Source: Candidatus Woesearchaeota archaeon
Lineage (GTDB): Archaea > Nanobdellota > Nanobdellia > Woesearchaeales > GW2011-AR4
Direction: 5' to 3'
Length of the DNA stretch: 64,000 bases
Assembly (NCBI GenBank): GCA_016187465.1
Contig: JACPJQ010000004.1
Location: 176,806 to 240,805 of the forward strand
Shown: positions 18,537 through 28,252 of the stretch, piece by piece
Layout of the letters: every line of letters starts with the position of its first letter
How positions within the stretch are numbered: the stretch's first letter is position 1
Made by a program: the position numbers and the translations under genes
Notes under the pieces: generated by a model
What the model was told of the DNA's origin: nothing
Database searches by the model: none
Seen by the model: the letters and a program-made list of their open reading frames with translations, nothing else

Positions 18537-19413
18537 AACAAGTTCATTTGGTGCATCAGCTAGATTAAGCCATGACTCTTCAGATTTTTATAATTCTAAG
18601 CTTTATAAAGAACAAAATGATAAAATAAAAAAACGAGTTTATATAGAAAATAAAATAAATCCTTCTATTATCAATAAAATTCACTTGAAAAGTAGTGAGA
18701 ATATGGAAGAATTACGTAACGAATCTATCCATTTAATGGTAACTTCACCACCCTACAATGTAGGCAAAGAATACGATGAAGATCTGAGCCTTGAAGAATA
18801 TAGATTACTATTAAAAAACGTTTTCACTGAAGTGTATCGCGTTTTAGTTCATGGTGGTAGAGCTTGTATAAACATAGCAAATGTTGGAAGAAAACCTTAC
18901 ATACCTTTACACGCTTATATCATAGAGGACATGCAAAAAATTGGATTTTTGATGAGGGGGGAAATTATTTGGGACAAGTCATCAAGTGCAGGTACATCAA
19001 CTGCTTGGGGTAGTTGGCAGTCTGCTACAAATCCTACATTAAGGGATACCCATGAATATATCTTGGTGTTTTCAAAGGAAAATTTTAATAGACATCCAAA
19101 TGGAAGAAAAAGCACTATAGACAAAGAAGAATTTTTAGAGTACACAAAAAGTGTATGGCGTTTTCCTGCAGAGTCCGCTAAAAGAGTAGGGCATCCTGCA
19201 CCATTCTCGTTAGAACTGCCAAGCAGATTAATAAAATTATACACTCTTGAAGGCGATGTAATTCTTGACCCTTTTATTGGTAGTGGTACTACAGCTATAG
19301 CAGCAAAACACCTTAATCGTAATTTTGTAGGTTACGAAATAAATAAAGAATATAAAAATTTAGCGGACAAAAGATTATTAAATGAATTCTCTCAGCAAAA
19401 GCTACTTCACTAA
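18523..19413 (+). CDS. beta-class DNA methyltransferase (N4-cytosine or N6-adenine), restriction-modification (R-M) methylase
   Basis: Motif IV SPPY (LMVTSPPYNVGKEYDE) lies N-terminal. Motif I ILDPFIGSGTTAIAA lies C-terminal. This is the beta-class order. Confidence 0.85.
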   Translation: MVKTKTSSFGASARLSHDSSDFYNSKLYKEQNDKIKKRVYIENKINPSIINKIHLKSSENMEELRNESIHLMVTSPPYNVGKEYDEDLSLEEYRLLLKNVFTEVYRVLVHGGRACINIANVGRKPYIPLHAYIIEDMQKIGFLMRGEIIWDKSSSAGTSTAWGSWQSATNPTLRDTHEYILVFSKENFNRHPNGRKSTIDKEEFLEYTKSVWRFPAESAKRVGHPAPFSLELPSRLIKLYTLEGDVILDPFIGSGTTAIAAKHLNRNFVGYEINKEYKNLADKRLLNEFSQQKLLH

Positions 19414-20007
19414 ATCTCTTAACCTTTCTGCAAAATCTGATAATTCCTTAAAATTTGTTACATCTATAAACTTGTCTACAATGTCCCCTTCAGCCAGAGC
19501 CATCATACAAGCAGAATTTCCAGATTTAGGTTTTACGTTTGTCACGATAAAAAATGGCACTTTCGCAAATACCCTTTTAAACTGATAGGCTTGGCAGATT
19601 CCTTTCTTCATTGTATCTGTTCTTAGCAATGCAGGTCTATCAGAACTTGCTGGGTCAGAGCCTTTTGCTTCTATACCACATATTATCTTACTCTCTTTAT
19701 AAAGTGCAAAATCCAATTCACCACCATCCACCATACAAGCTTTGGGAATTGAAACACTAGCGCTTAATTCAATTTTGTACTTATTCTTCATTAAATACCA
19801 AAAGGCATATTCAAACATATCCCCAGTTTTAGACGCTCTAGCTTGAAAATCTGTTATATTCAAGGCTTTAATCAACTCTTTAAAACAATTATTAAAAAAA
19901 TCCTTTAGAAGTTCTGAAGTATCTAAACTACTTTTATTATGGTTTTTTGTTATTATTGTCAAAAAGGTTGCTGGTATCTCCATTAAGTACCATCTTACAA
20001 GTGACAT
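19402..20007 (-). CDS. type II restriction endonuclease (PD-(D/E)XK fold), candidate
   Basis: Convergent with the methyltransferase, with a 12-nt 3' overlap. Core motif GGELDFAL...IICGIEAKG fits hhD-x(n)-E-x-K. Confidence 0.55.
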   Translation of the reverse strand: MSLVRWYLMEIPATFLTIITKNHNKSSLDTSELLKDFFNNCFKELIKALNITDFQARASKTGDMFEYAFWYLMKNKYKIELSASVSIPKACMVDGGELDFALYKESKIICGIEAKGSDPASSDRPALLRTDTMKKGICQAYQFKRVFAKVPFFIVTNVKPKSGNSACMMALAEGDIVDKFIDVTNFKELSDFAERLRDLVK

Positions 20008-20079
20008 ATATAAATATTACTTCAAAAACCAACTTTTTTCAACAACCTTTAAAAACCCTTATTTTTTGCTTCTTTACCT

Positions 20080-21261
20080 ATGAACCTAAAAGAGGAAGCG
20101 CTGAATCTGCACAGAGCCAATCATGGTAAATTAGCAACCAAATCAAAAGTAAAAGTTACAACAAAAGAAGACCTTAGTCTTGTCTATACCCCGGGCGTTG
20201 CAGAGGTTTGCAGGGAAATTGCCGCAAATAAAAGCACGGTTTATGATTACACGATGAAGGCCAATTCTGTTGCTGTTGTTACAGACGGCTCAGCTGTTCT
20301 CGGGCTTGGCGACATAGGGGCAGAGGCTTCTTTGCCTGTTATGGAAGGCAAGTGCATCCTTTTCAAGGAACTGGCTAATATAGATGCATTTCCAATCTGC
20401 CTCAGGACACAAAACGACAAGGAAATAATAAGCATAGTAAAAAATATAGCTCCTGCTTTTGGCGGGATGAATCTTGAGGATATATCGGCTCCAAGATGCT
20501 TTACCATAGAGAATGAGCTGCAACACATTGGAATTCCGGTGATGCATGACGACCAGCACGGCTCAGCTATTGTTGTGCTGGCAGCCTTGATAAACGCAGC
20601 AAAAGCTGTTGGCAAGCATATTGAAAACTTGAAAGTCGTTATAAATGGCGCAGGAGCTGCAGGAATGGCAACTGCCAAGCTGTTGATTTGCCTGGGCATA
20701 GACAAAAAGATTTGCACATGTGTAAGGGAGTTGGTGCTTTGTGACAGCAAGGGCATTATCTATGACGGCAGGCCAGACTTGAGCGAATTCAAGAAACAGA
20801 TGGCTAGGATAACCAATAGGTCAAAGAGGCAGGGCACATTAAAGAATGCTTTGGAAGGCGCTGATGTTTTTATAGGCTTGTCAAGGGGCAATTTACTCAC
20901 CGCTGAAGATTTGAAGGTGATGAACAAAGAAGCCATAGTTTTCGCTATGGCTAACCCAACTCCTGAGATATCGTTTGATGAGGCAATCAAAGTTGCAAAA
21001 GTTGTTGGTACGGGAAGAAGCGACTTTCCCAATCAAATCAACAATTCGCTGGCTTTCCCGGGGATTTTTAGGGGAGCTTTGGATGCAAAAGCAACAAAAA
21101 TAAACAGCGAGATGAAGATAGCTGCAGCGCATGCCATAGCAAACTGCGTAAAGCCGACAAAAGACAGGGTTTTGCCCTACACCCTAGACAAGATTGTTGT
21201 GCCGAAAGTGGCAGAGGCTGTTAAAAAGGCTGCAATGGACTCGGGCATTGTCAGGAAGTAA
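20080..21261 (+). CDS. NAD(P)-dependent malic enzyme (short archaeal/bacterial type)
   Basis: VYTPGVAEVC, GLGDIG and NGAGAAG motifs. Confidence 0.9.
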   Translation: MNLKEEALNLHRANHGKLATKSKVKVTTKEDLSLVYTPGVAEVCREIAANKSTVYDYTMKANSVAVVTDGSAVLGLGDIGAEASLPVMEGKCILFKELANIDAFPICLRTQNDKEIISIVKNIAPAFGGMNLEDISAPRCFTIENELQHIGIPVMHDDQHGSAIVVLAALINAAKAVGKHIENLKVVINGAGAAGMATAKLLICLGIDKKICTCVRELVLCDSKGIIYDGRPDLSEFKKQMARITNRSKRQGTLKNALEGADVFIGLSRGNLLTAEDLKVMNKEAIVFAMANPTPEISFDEAIKVAKVVGTGRSDFPNQINNSLAFPGIFRGALDAKATKINSEMKIAAAHAIANCVKPTKDRVLPYTLDKIVVPKVAEAVKKAAMDSGIVRK

Positions 21262-21450
21262 TCTCCTTCTAAAACGCAATAATTAAAAACACTGATAAAA
21301 ATTGTTTATTATTTTAAAAATTATTACTTAATGGCGAAATTAAATAATGCGCTGTGCAATCAGATAAATCATAATCAATTAAAATTAACTTTACATTAAA
21401 TAAAAACAATGCAAAATAACATATTGAAATCAATAAAAATAAAATAAAAA

Positions 21451-22812
21451 ATGCAATCATTTGATTTAATTGTCATTGGAGCAGGCTCGGGATTGAACGT
21501 TTCTTCTTCTGCTGCAGATATGGGAATGAAAGTGGCTGTTGTTGAGAAAGGCCCGATGGGCGGCACCTGCCTGAACAGGGGCTGCATTCCCTCGAAGATA
21601 ATAATTCACAGCGCAGATGTTGCCGAAACAATAAAAAAATCAAAATTGTTCGGGATAAACTCAAAAATTTCCTCTATTGACTTCAGAAAAATAACCGGCA
21701 GGGCTTCAGGCATAGTTGACAAAGAGGCAAAAGAGATAGAAGAAGCCATAAAAAACGACAAAAATACAACCTTGTTTAAGACAGAAGCAAAATTTATTTC
21801 TGAAAGAACTTTAAAGGTCGGAAATGGAACAATAAGTGGCGAAAAAGTAATCATTGCGGCAGGCACAAGGCCATTAATTCCAGATATAGAAGGATTAAAA
21901 AATGTTGATTTTGTAACCAGCGACGAAGCTTTAAGATTAAAAAAGCAGCCTAAGACAATGACAATACTTGGAGGCGGCTATATAGCTGCCGAGCTTGCCC
22001 ATTTTTACGGCTCTCTGGGAACCAAGGTAAACATTATTCAAAAAAGAAGATTACTGATCCCAAATGAAGACAAGGAAATAGCTGAAAAATTTACGGAAAT
22101 ATTCAGGAAAAAATATAATGTCTTAACAGAATGCAATGCAACAAAGATCTCAAAAAAAGGCAATAAGTTTATTGTTAATGCTGCAAGTAAAAATTCAAAT
22201 AAAAAACTTGTCTCAGATGCTTTGCTTGTTGCCGTCGGCAGGATTCCAAACACAGATATTCTGGATGTGAAGAAAGCAAATGTTGAGATTGATGATAAGG
22301 GGTTCATAAAAACAAATGATTATCTTGAGACAACCGCAAAAAATACATGGGCTTTGGGAGACATTGCCGGAAAATACCTTTTCAAGCACAGCGCTAACCT
22401 CGAAGCACAGTACGTTTACAATAATATTGTTCTGAACGAAAAATTAAAAGTGGATTACACAGCAATGCCGCATGCTATTTTTTCTTCCCCTCAAATTGCG
22501 GGAGTTGGCTTAAGGGAGCAGGACCTAAAGCAAAAAAGCATTGATTATGCTGCAGGGCGCTATGATTACATAGATTCCGGAATGGGCATTGCATTGCAGG
22601 ACAATAACGGCTTTGTAAAGATTTTCGCCGACAGGAAGACAAGAAAAATACTTGGCTGCCATATAATGGGCACAGACGCATCAACTCTAATCCATGAAGT
22701 CCTTGTTGCAATGAAAGCAAATTTAAATGCTGACTCAATCAGCAATGCAGTGCATATACATCCCGCACTGAGCGAGGTTGTGCAGAGGGCTGTAAGGAAT
22801 ATTGAATGGTAA
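21451..22812 (+). CDS. class I pyridine nucleotide-disulfide oxidoreductase (dihydrolipoamide dehydrogenase/glutathione-reductase-like)
   Basis: GAGSGL FAD motif. Redox-active GGTCLNRGCIPSK. C-terminal HIHPALSE dimerisation motif. Confidence 0.8.
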   Translation: MQSFDLIVIGAGSGLNVSSSAADMGMKVAVVEKGPMGGTCLNRGCIPSKIIIHSADVAETIKKSKLFGINSKISSIDFRKITGRASGIVDKEAKEIEEAIKNDKNTTLFKTEAKFISERTLKVGNGTISGEKVIIAAGTRPLIPDIEGLKNVDFVTSDEALRLKKQPKTMTILGGGYIAAELAHFYGSLGTKVNIIQKRRLLIPNEDKEIAEKFTEIFRKKYNVLTECNATKISKKGNKFIVNAASKNSNKKLVSDALLVAVGRIPNTDILDVKKANVEIDDKGFIKTNDYLETTAKNTWALGDIAGKYLFKHSANLEAQYVYNNIVLNEKLKVDYTAMPHAIFSSPQIAGVGLREQDLKQKSIDYAAGRYDYIDSGMGIALQDNNGFVKIFADRKTRKILGCHIMGTDASTLIHEVLVAMKANLNADSISNAVHIHPALSEVVQRAVRNIEW

Positions 22813-22946
22813 ACTATTTAGAATTAAACAGAAAATGTTGCAGAGTATAATTAAAATATACCTGTGCCTAATACAAATCATCAAAAAATTCCAACTTAAA
22901 GCACCGCAAAACTTAAATACTCCCAAATCAGGAATGGATATTCTGG

Positions 22947-23207
22947 TTGATTATGGAAGAAATGCAGGTCGGTAAAGTAACACATTATTTTGCGAAGATA
23001 GGCGTGGCAGTGATTGAAGTTACAGGCGGCAGCATCAAAGTCGGCGATGAAATACACTTGAAAGGCCACACGACTGACTTCAAGCAGAAAGTTGATTCAA
23101 TGCAGATTGAGCACGAAAAGCTGGAGATTGCCGAGCCTGGCCAGTCAGTCGGAATAAAAGTCGAAGAGCCTGCAAGAGCTAATGATTTGGTTTACAAAGA
23201 AATTTAA
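22947..23207 (+). CDS. small EF-Tu domain-2-like beta-barrel protein
   Basis: 86 aa. A VGDEIHLKG...GQSVGIKV beta-barrel pattern resembles EF-Tu domain 2-only archaeal proteins. This is a weak call. Confidence 0.35.
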   Translation: MIMEEMQVGKVTHYFAKIGVAVIEVTGGSIKVGDEIHLKGHTTDFKQKVDSMQIEHEKLEIAEPGQSVGIKVEEPARANDLVYKEI

Positions 23208-24430
23208 TTTTTGGCATTAATCTCTAAATATTGTTTTACTGACAGCTTGAATACGATAGGCGCAACAAAAGTGCTGACAATCGCAACTGTGATTATTGCG
23301 GTAAATATGTCCACATTTATCAGGCCTGCATTGAGCGCAAGCGTTGCTATGACAAGCTCTGTATCGCCTTTTGGGGACACGCCCCATCCGACAATCAGGC
23401 CTTCCTCCAATGTGCCCTTGCCCATCATAACCCCGATTACAGTGCCGCCTATGGTTCCAATGAAGTTTATCAGTATCAGCACAATGACTAAAATAAGATT
23501 TGACGAAATTGCAAAAATATCGGTATTCAGCCCAACGCTGACAAAAAATATGGGTATCAGGAACCCGAAAGAAATTATATGAATTGAGTGGGAAATCTCA
23601 TTTCTTCTCCATGGCCTTCGGTCCTCTCCTGTCAGCAGGGTCTGCCGTATAAGCATGCCGGCTATTAACGCGCCCAGCAGCGAGCCAATTCCTATTACTT
23701 CTGACACATAAGCCATTAAAAGCACTATTATGAGCGCGCCCATGAAGAGCGTAGCCTGGGATTTCTCCTTTTCAAACATATTCAGCACTGTGGGGATTAA
23801 TGAAACCCTGAACAGGATAACCATAAGTATGAAGCTCAATATGTCAAATCCAATCTTTAAAAAGTTAGTTTCTCCCGAGAGAGTCGTGTGAAACACAATG
23901 AGGAGTATGCTGATTATCACCAGCTCAAACACATCGTCGACTGTTCCGGAAGTCACTATCAGATTGCCTATCTTGCTTTTTAACAAATTTAATTCCTCCA
24001 GTATGTCCAGAGATATAGCCTGTGAACTCACAGAAAGGGAAATGGCTATTATCAGCGATGTGGTGTTATTGAAATGAAACGCAAACTTTGAGAAAAAAAA
24101 CCCGGCTGACAAGGGCACCAATGTGTTGAACAGGGAGATAAAAGACGCTTTTTTGTAATTTTTCCTGAATTTTTTAAGGTCTATCTCCAGGCCCACAAAG
24201 AAAAAAAGAAGGATTATCCCTATGTTCGAGATAAAGGAAAACACAGACAGGGCCTCCTGGGTAAAAAAATAATTCTTTATGACGGGAAATCCCAGTATTA
24301 TTCCTGCTAAAATCTGTCCGACCACCCTTGGCAGGTTGAAACGCCGGAAAATCTCAGAAACGGCATACGCCAGACTTAGCGATACAAGCACTACCAAAAG
24401 AATGTCCGGCATAAAAAATGAGCTGTTCAT
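23204..24430 (-). CDS. CPA2-family monovalent cation:proton antiporter (Kef/NapA-like)
   Basis: About 12 TM helices with the characteristic Gly-rich helices. Length 408 aa. Confidence 0.7.
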   Translation of the reverse strand: MNSSFFMPDILLVVLVSLSLAYAVSEIFRRFNLPRVVGQILAGIILGFPVIKNYFFTQEALSVFSFISNIGIILLFFFVGLEIDLKKFRKNYKKASFISLFNTLVPLSAGFFFSKFAFHFNNTTSLIIAISLSVSSQAISLDILEELNLLKSKIGNLIVTSGTVDDVFELVIISILLIVFHTTLSGETNFLKIGFDILSFILMVILFRVSLIPTVLNMFEKEKSQATLFMGALIIVLLMAYVSEVIGIGSLLGALIAGMLIRQTLLTGEDRRPWRRNEISHSIHIISFGFLIPIFFVSVGLNTDIFAISSNLILVIVLILINFIGTIGGTVIGVMMGKGTLEEGLIVGWGVSPKGDTELVIATLALNAGLINVDIFTAIITVAIVSTFVAPIVFKLSVKQYLEINAKN

Positions 24431-24485
24431 TATAATATCCTAATTCAGCTTTTGGTATATATAGTTTTCTCTTCAGGAAAGCAGA

Positions 24486-25112
24486 TCATCTTAGACAGCC
24501 TTTGACTTCCTCGTCGCTTAATTGAGGAAATTCGTCATAAAACTGGCCAATGGCAAAAAACCTATCTGCAGAATGCAGGCAGACAAACTTGTCTACATCT
24601 TTTTTTATGTCTTCGTTAAATCTTGAGGGAGCTACAGGCACGGCCAAAATTATTTTTTTCGGATTTTTTGATTTAATGTAGCTTATGGCTGCTTTTGCTG
24701 TGAATCCGGTTGCTATGCCGTCATCAGTTAATATGATGGTTTTGCCCTTCAGATTTTGCAGCTCGTATTTTCCCTTGTAAGCCTTGTACCTCCTTTCTAT
24801 TTCCTTGCCTATCTCCCGTGCCATTTCGTGTATCTGCTCTTCGGAAACATTATATACCTTCACAGTTGCCTCGTCAAGTATGACTTTTTTGTCAGGGCCT
24901 ACAGAGCCGATTGCAAATTCTTCATTTCCCGGCAAACCTATTTTTTTAGTTACAATCACATCCAGCTTTACCTTTAAGGACTTTGCAATCTCATATCCAA
25001 CCTCTACACCGCCTCTTGGAATGGCGAGCACTATGGCAGCTTTTTCATTCCTGTAGTCTTTTAATTTCTCGGCAAGCATCATTCCTGCTTCACGGCGGTT
25101 TTTGAAGTGCAT
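24486..25112 (-). CDS. phosphoribosyltransferase-fold protein (COG1926-like)
   Basis: PRPP-binding motif IILTDDGIATGFTAKAAI. Confidence 0.7.
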   Translation of the reverse strand: MHFKNRREAGMMLAEKLKDYRNEKAAIVLAIPRGGVEVGYEIAKSLKVKLDVIVTKKIGLPGNEEFAIGSVGPDKKVILDEATVKVYNVSEEQIHEMAREIGKEIERRYKAYKGKYELQNLKGKTIILTDDGIATGFTAKAAISYIKSKNPKKIILAVPVAPSRFNEDIKKDVDKFVCLHSADRFFAIGQFYDEFPQLSDEEVKGCLR

Positions 25113-25185
25113 ATCTGGATTATTTATTTTTGGACTATTTATACTTATTTAAAACCAATAACTTTTTAATTGAATAATTATTTTT

Positions 25186-27723
25186 GTGCTGATTATGCCA
25201 ACTGACAAAGAAATAAAAAAAGAATTTAAAATAAAGGCTTCCAAAGAGCCTGATAATTATTACGCCACTTCTGTGCTGAAGGCAGAAGGGTTCAGCAGGA
25301 AGAAATGCATAAAATGCGGCACTTTCTTCTGGTCCGTAACCCATAGTGATGTTTGCGGCAATCCTGCATGTTCAGGGGGCTTCAGGTTTATCGGCGATAC
25401 TCCGGCCAAAAAAAAGCTTGATTACATAGAAGTATGGGAAGAATTCTCAAGGCTTTTCAAGAAATGGGGATACACTCCAATAAAGCGCTATCCTGTTGTT
25501 GCAAGGTGGCGTGATGATACTGATTTTGTGCAGGCATCTATCTATGATTTCCAGCCTTATGTCGTTTCAGGAGAAGTAGAGCCGCCTGCCAATCCATTGG
25601 TTGTGCCCCAGATGTGCCTGAGATTTAATGATATTGATAATATTGGAATCACAGGCGCTCATTATTGTGCTTTTGTCATGATCGGACAGCATGCTTTCAT
25701 GAAGCCAAAAGACTGGGACCAGGCAAAATATTTTACAGACATCCATAATTGGCTGAAGCAGGGGCTTGGATTGAACAATGAGGAAATAAGTTTTCATGAG
25801 GATGCATGGGCCGGCGGAGGCAATTTCGGGCCTTGCATGGAATACTTTTCAAGGGGCTTGGAACTTGGCAACCAAGTTTACATGATGTTCGAGCAGACTC
25901 CAGCTGGCTACAAGGAATTGAGCCTTAAAGTCCTTGACATGGGGATGGGCCATGAACGGAACTCATGGTTCACGCAGGGAAAATCGACAAGCTATGAAAC
26001 AACTTTTCCAAGCGTAGTGAAAAAGCTTTATTCTGCAACCGGAATAAAGGTAAATGAGGATATGATGCAGAAATTCCTTCCTTATTCTTCATATTTGAAT
26101 ATAGACGAGGTAGAAAACATTGATGCTGTTTGGAATGATGTCGCCAAGAAAACTGGATATGGAATTGAGGAATTAAAAAAACACATTCTTGAACTTGCAG
26201 CCCTTTATTCAATCGCCGAGCATTCACGGGCTTTACTGGTTGCTTTAAGCGACGGGGCTTTGCCCAGCAATGTAGGGGGCGGCTATAATTTAAGGGCGAT
26301 TTTGAGAAGGGCGCTTTCTTTTATCGACCAGTACAAGTGGAATATAAGCTTGCCTGACGTTTGCAAATGGCATGCTGAATACTTAAAGCCGTTATTTCCC
26401 GAACTGAATGAAAATCTAGATGAGGTTGCGAAAATTCTGGAAGTCGAGAAAAGCAAGTACGAAGCAACAAAGCAAAAAACACATTCAATGATTTCAAAAC
26501 TGGTGAAGGAGGAAATTGACGATAAAAAATTATTGCTTTTGTATGACAGCTACGGCATCACGCCTGAGATTGTGAGGGGGGAATCGCTAAAACTCGGAAG
26601 GAAAATCGACGTGCCTGAAAATTTCTACGCAAGGGTAGCTGAGCTGCACGAAACACAAGAGCAGGAGCACGCGACAGGAAGGGAGGAAAAATTAAATCTT
26701 GATGGCGTGCCTGAGACCAAAGCATTGTACTATTTTGATTACGCGCAAACAAAGTTCAAAGCAAAAGTCATTGAAATTATTGACCGCAATTTAATTCTAA
26801 ATAAAACTTATTTCTATCCGACAAGCGGCGGGCAGCTCCATGATTTAGGCAACATTAATGGTCAAAATGTTATTGATGTCTTCAAGCAAGGCGGAGTGAT
26901 TGTGCATGTGCTGAGACAAAAACCTGATTTCAAAAAAGGAGATGATGTTAATTGCGAGATTGACACTGAGAGGAGAATGCAGCTGGCAAAGCACCACACA
27001 TCAACACATATTGTAAATGCCGCCGCAAGGAAAGTTCTCGGCAACCATATCAACCAGGCAGGCGCAAAAAAGGACATTGACAGGGCAACGATTGATTTGA
27101 CGCATTTCCAAAGCATTACAGATGAGGAGCTTGAGCAGATTGAGAAAGAAGCCAATAAAATTGTTAAAGAATCAATACATGTGCAGAGCAGCTTTGTGCC
27201 GAGAACAGAGGCTGAGCAGACTTACGGAATGGGCATTTACCAAGGAGGCGCAGTGCCCGGCAAATTGCTTAGGATAGTTAACATACCAAACATTGATGTG
27301 GAAGCCTGCGGCGGCACTCATTTAAAAAATACCTCTGAAGCAGGAGAAATCAAGATTTTGAAAGCAACTAAAATAAGCGACGGCATTGTAAGGCTTTACT
27401 TCGCTGCAGGAGAGGCTGCCCACAAGGAAATCAAAAGGGAAAAAGAAATTTTGGAGGAGGCTGCAAAATTATTGAATGTTAATCTCAATCAATTGCCTTC
27501 AGGGGTTGAAGAATTATTTAGCAAATGGAAGATTGCAAAAAAATCAATTGAAAAGAAAAAACAAATTGATGTAAAGCAATTGGAATTGACAAAAAAAGAA
27601 GAATTTAAAGGCGATATTCTTGACAAGGTTTCTGAAATATTGAAAACACAGCCCGAGCATGTAGTCAAGACTGTCAAGAGGTTTTTGAATGAATTGGGGG
27701 AGATGAAGGGGAAGATAAAATAA
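25186..27723 (+). CDS. alaS: alanine--tRNA ligase (archaeal type)
   Basis: N-terminal Zn motif CIKCGTFFWS...CGNPAC. Editing-domain HHTSTH...CGGTH. Length 845 aa. Confidence 0.95.
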   Translation: MLIMPTDKEIKKEFKIKASKEPDNYYATSVLKAEGFSRKKCIKCGTFFWSVTHSDVCGNPACSGGFRFIGDTPAKKKLDYIEVWEEFSRLFKKWGYTPIKRYPVVARWRDDTDFVQASIYDFQPYVVSGEVEPPANPLVVPQMCLRFNDIDNIGITGAHYCAFVMIGQHAFMKPKDWDQAKYFTDIHNWLKQGLGLNNEEISFHEDAWAGGGNFGPCMEYFSRGLELGNQVYMMFEQTPAGYKELSLKVLDMGMGHERNSWFTQGKSTSYETTFPSVVKKLYSATGIKVNEDMMQKFLPYSSYLNIDEVENIDAVWNDVAKKTGYGIEELKKHILELAALYSIAEHSRALLVALSDGALPSNVGGGYNLRAILRRALSFIDQYKWNISLPDVCKWHAEYLKPLFPELNENLDEVAKILEVEKSKYEATKQKTHSMISKLVKEEIDDKKLLLLYDSYGITPEIVRGESLKLGRKIDVPENFYARVAELHETQEQEHATGREEKLNLDGVPETKALYYFDYAQTKFKAKVIEIIDRNLILNKTYFYPTSGGQLHDLGNINGQNVIDVFKQGGVIVHVLRQKPDFKKGDDVNCEIDTERRMQLAKHHTSTHIVNAAARKVLGNHINQAGAKKDIDRATIDLTHFQSITDEELEQIEKEANKIVKESIHVQSSFVPRTEAEQTYGMGIYQGGAVPGKLLRIVNIPNIDVEACGGTHLKNTSEAGEIKILKATKISDGIVRLYFAAGEAAHKEIKREKEILEEAAKLLNVNLNQLPSGVEELFSKWKIAKKSIEKKKQIDVKQLELTKKEEFKGDILDKVSEILKTQPEHVVKTVKRFLNELGEMKGKIK

Positions 27724-27729
27724 AGTTAT

Positions 27730-28041
27730 TTACAATGATATTCTTCTAGTTGATGGTCTTAAACTTTTCTTTATCTTCTCATACAATATCTCTGCTCCTT
27801 TTTCATAATCATGCCACGGGAATCTGAATTCAAGTTGCTTGCAATTATAAATCAACTTTACCGAAATTAAATAAACTCCTTCCATACTCATAATTTCAGC
27901 TTTAACGTTTCTTATAGCCATGTCACTAAGTTTTTGCTCTAATCCGAATTCAACCTCCTTTTCATTAAGTGGTGCTCTTATACGTTTAGGTTCAAATTCT
28001 CCAAAACTTATTCCATATAATCCGTTATCGTCTGACTCCAT
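27730..28041 (-). CDS. hypothetical protein
   Basis: 103-aa ORF with no motif. Confidence 0.35.
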   Translation of the reverse strand: MESDDNGLYGISFGEFEPKRIRAPLNEKEVEFGLEQKLSDMAIRNVKAEIMSMEGVYLISVKLIYNCKQLEFRFPWHDYEKGAEILYEKIKKSLRPSTRRISL

Positions 28042-28252
28042 TTTTATCCCTCACATCATTTTTCCGTCAGCACATCTAGAACTTAGACAAGCTCAGATTC
28101 AAGACCCACCAAGAATATGCCAACTCTTTTTGGGTCTTACAATAGTAATAGAAGCAATAGGCATAGGGCTAACAAACTCAATGCAGAAATTTTGCTTAAC
28201 TTTGTGTTAGTCATCTTGATAGTTGGAATACTGCAGTTATATTTAAATGTTT

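Noticed and set aside
20247-21132. Minus-strand ORFs of 79-169 aa
   Set aside because: Antisense to the well-supported malic enzyme gene. No motifs.
28042-28252. Hairpin AAGACCCA...UGGGUCUU in the intergenic region
   Set aside because: It is a single 8-bp stem with a 22-nt loop between two co-oriented genes. It is probably a simple terminator or of no significance.
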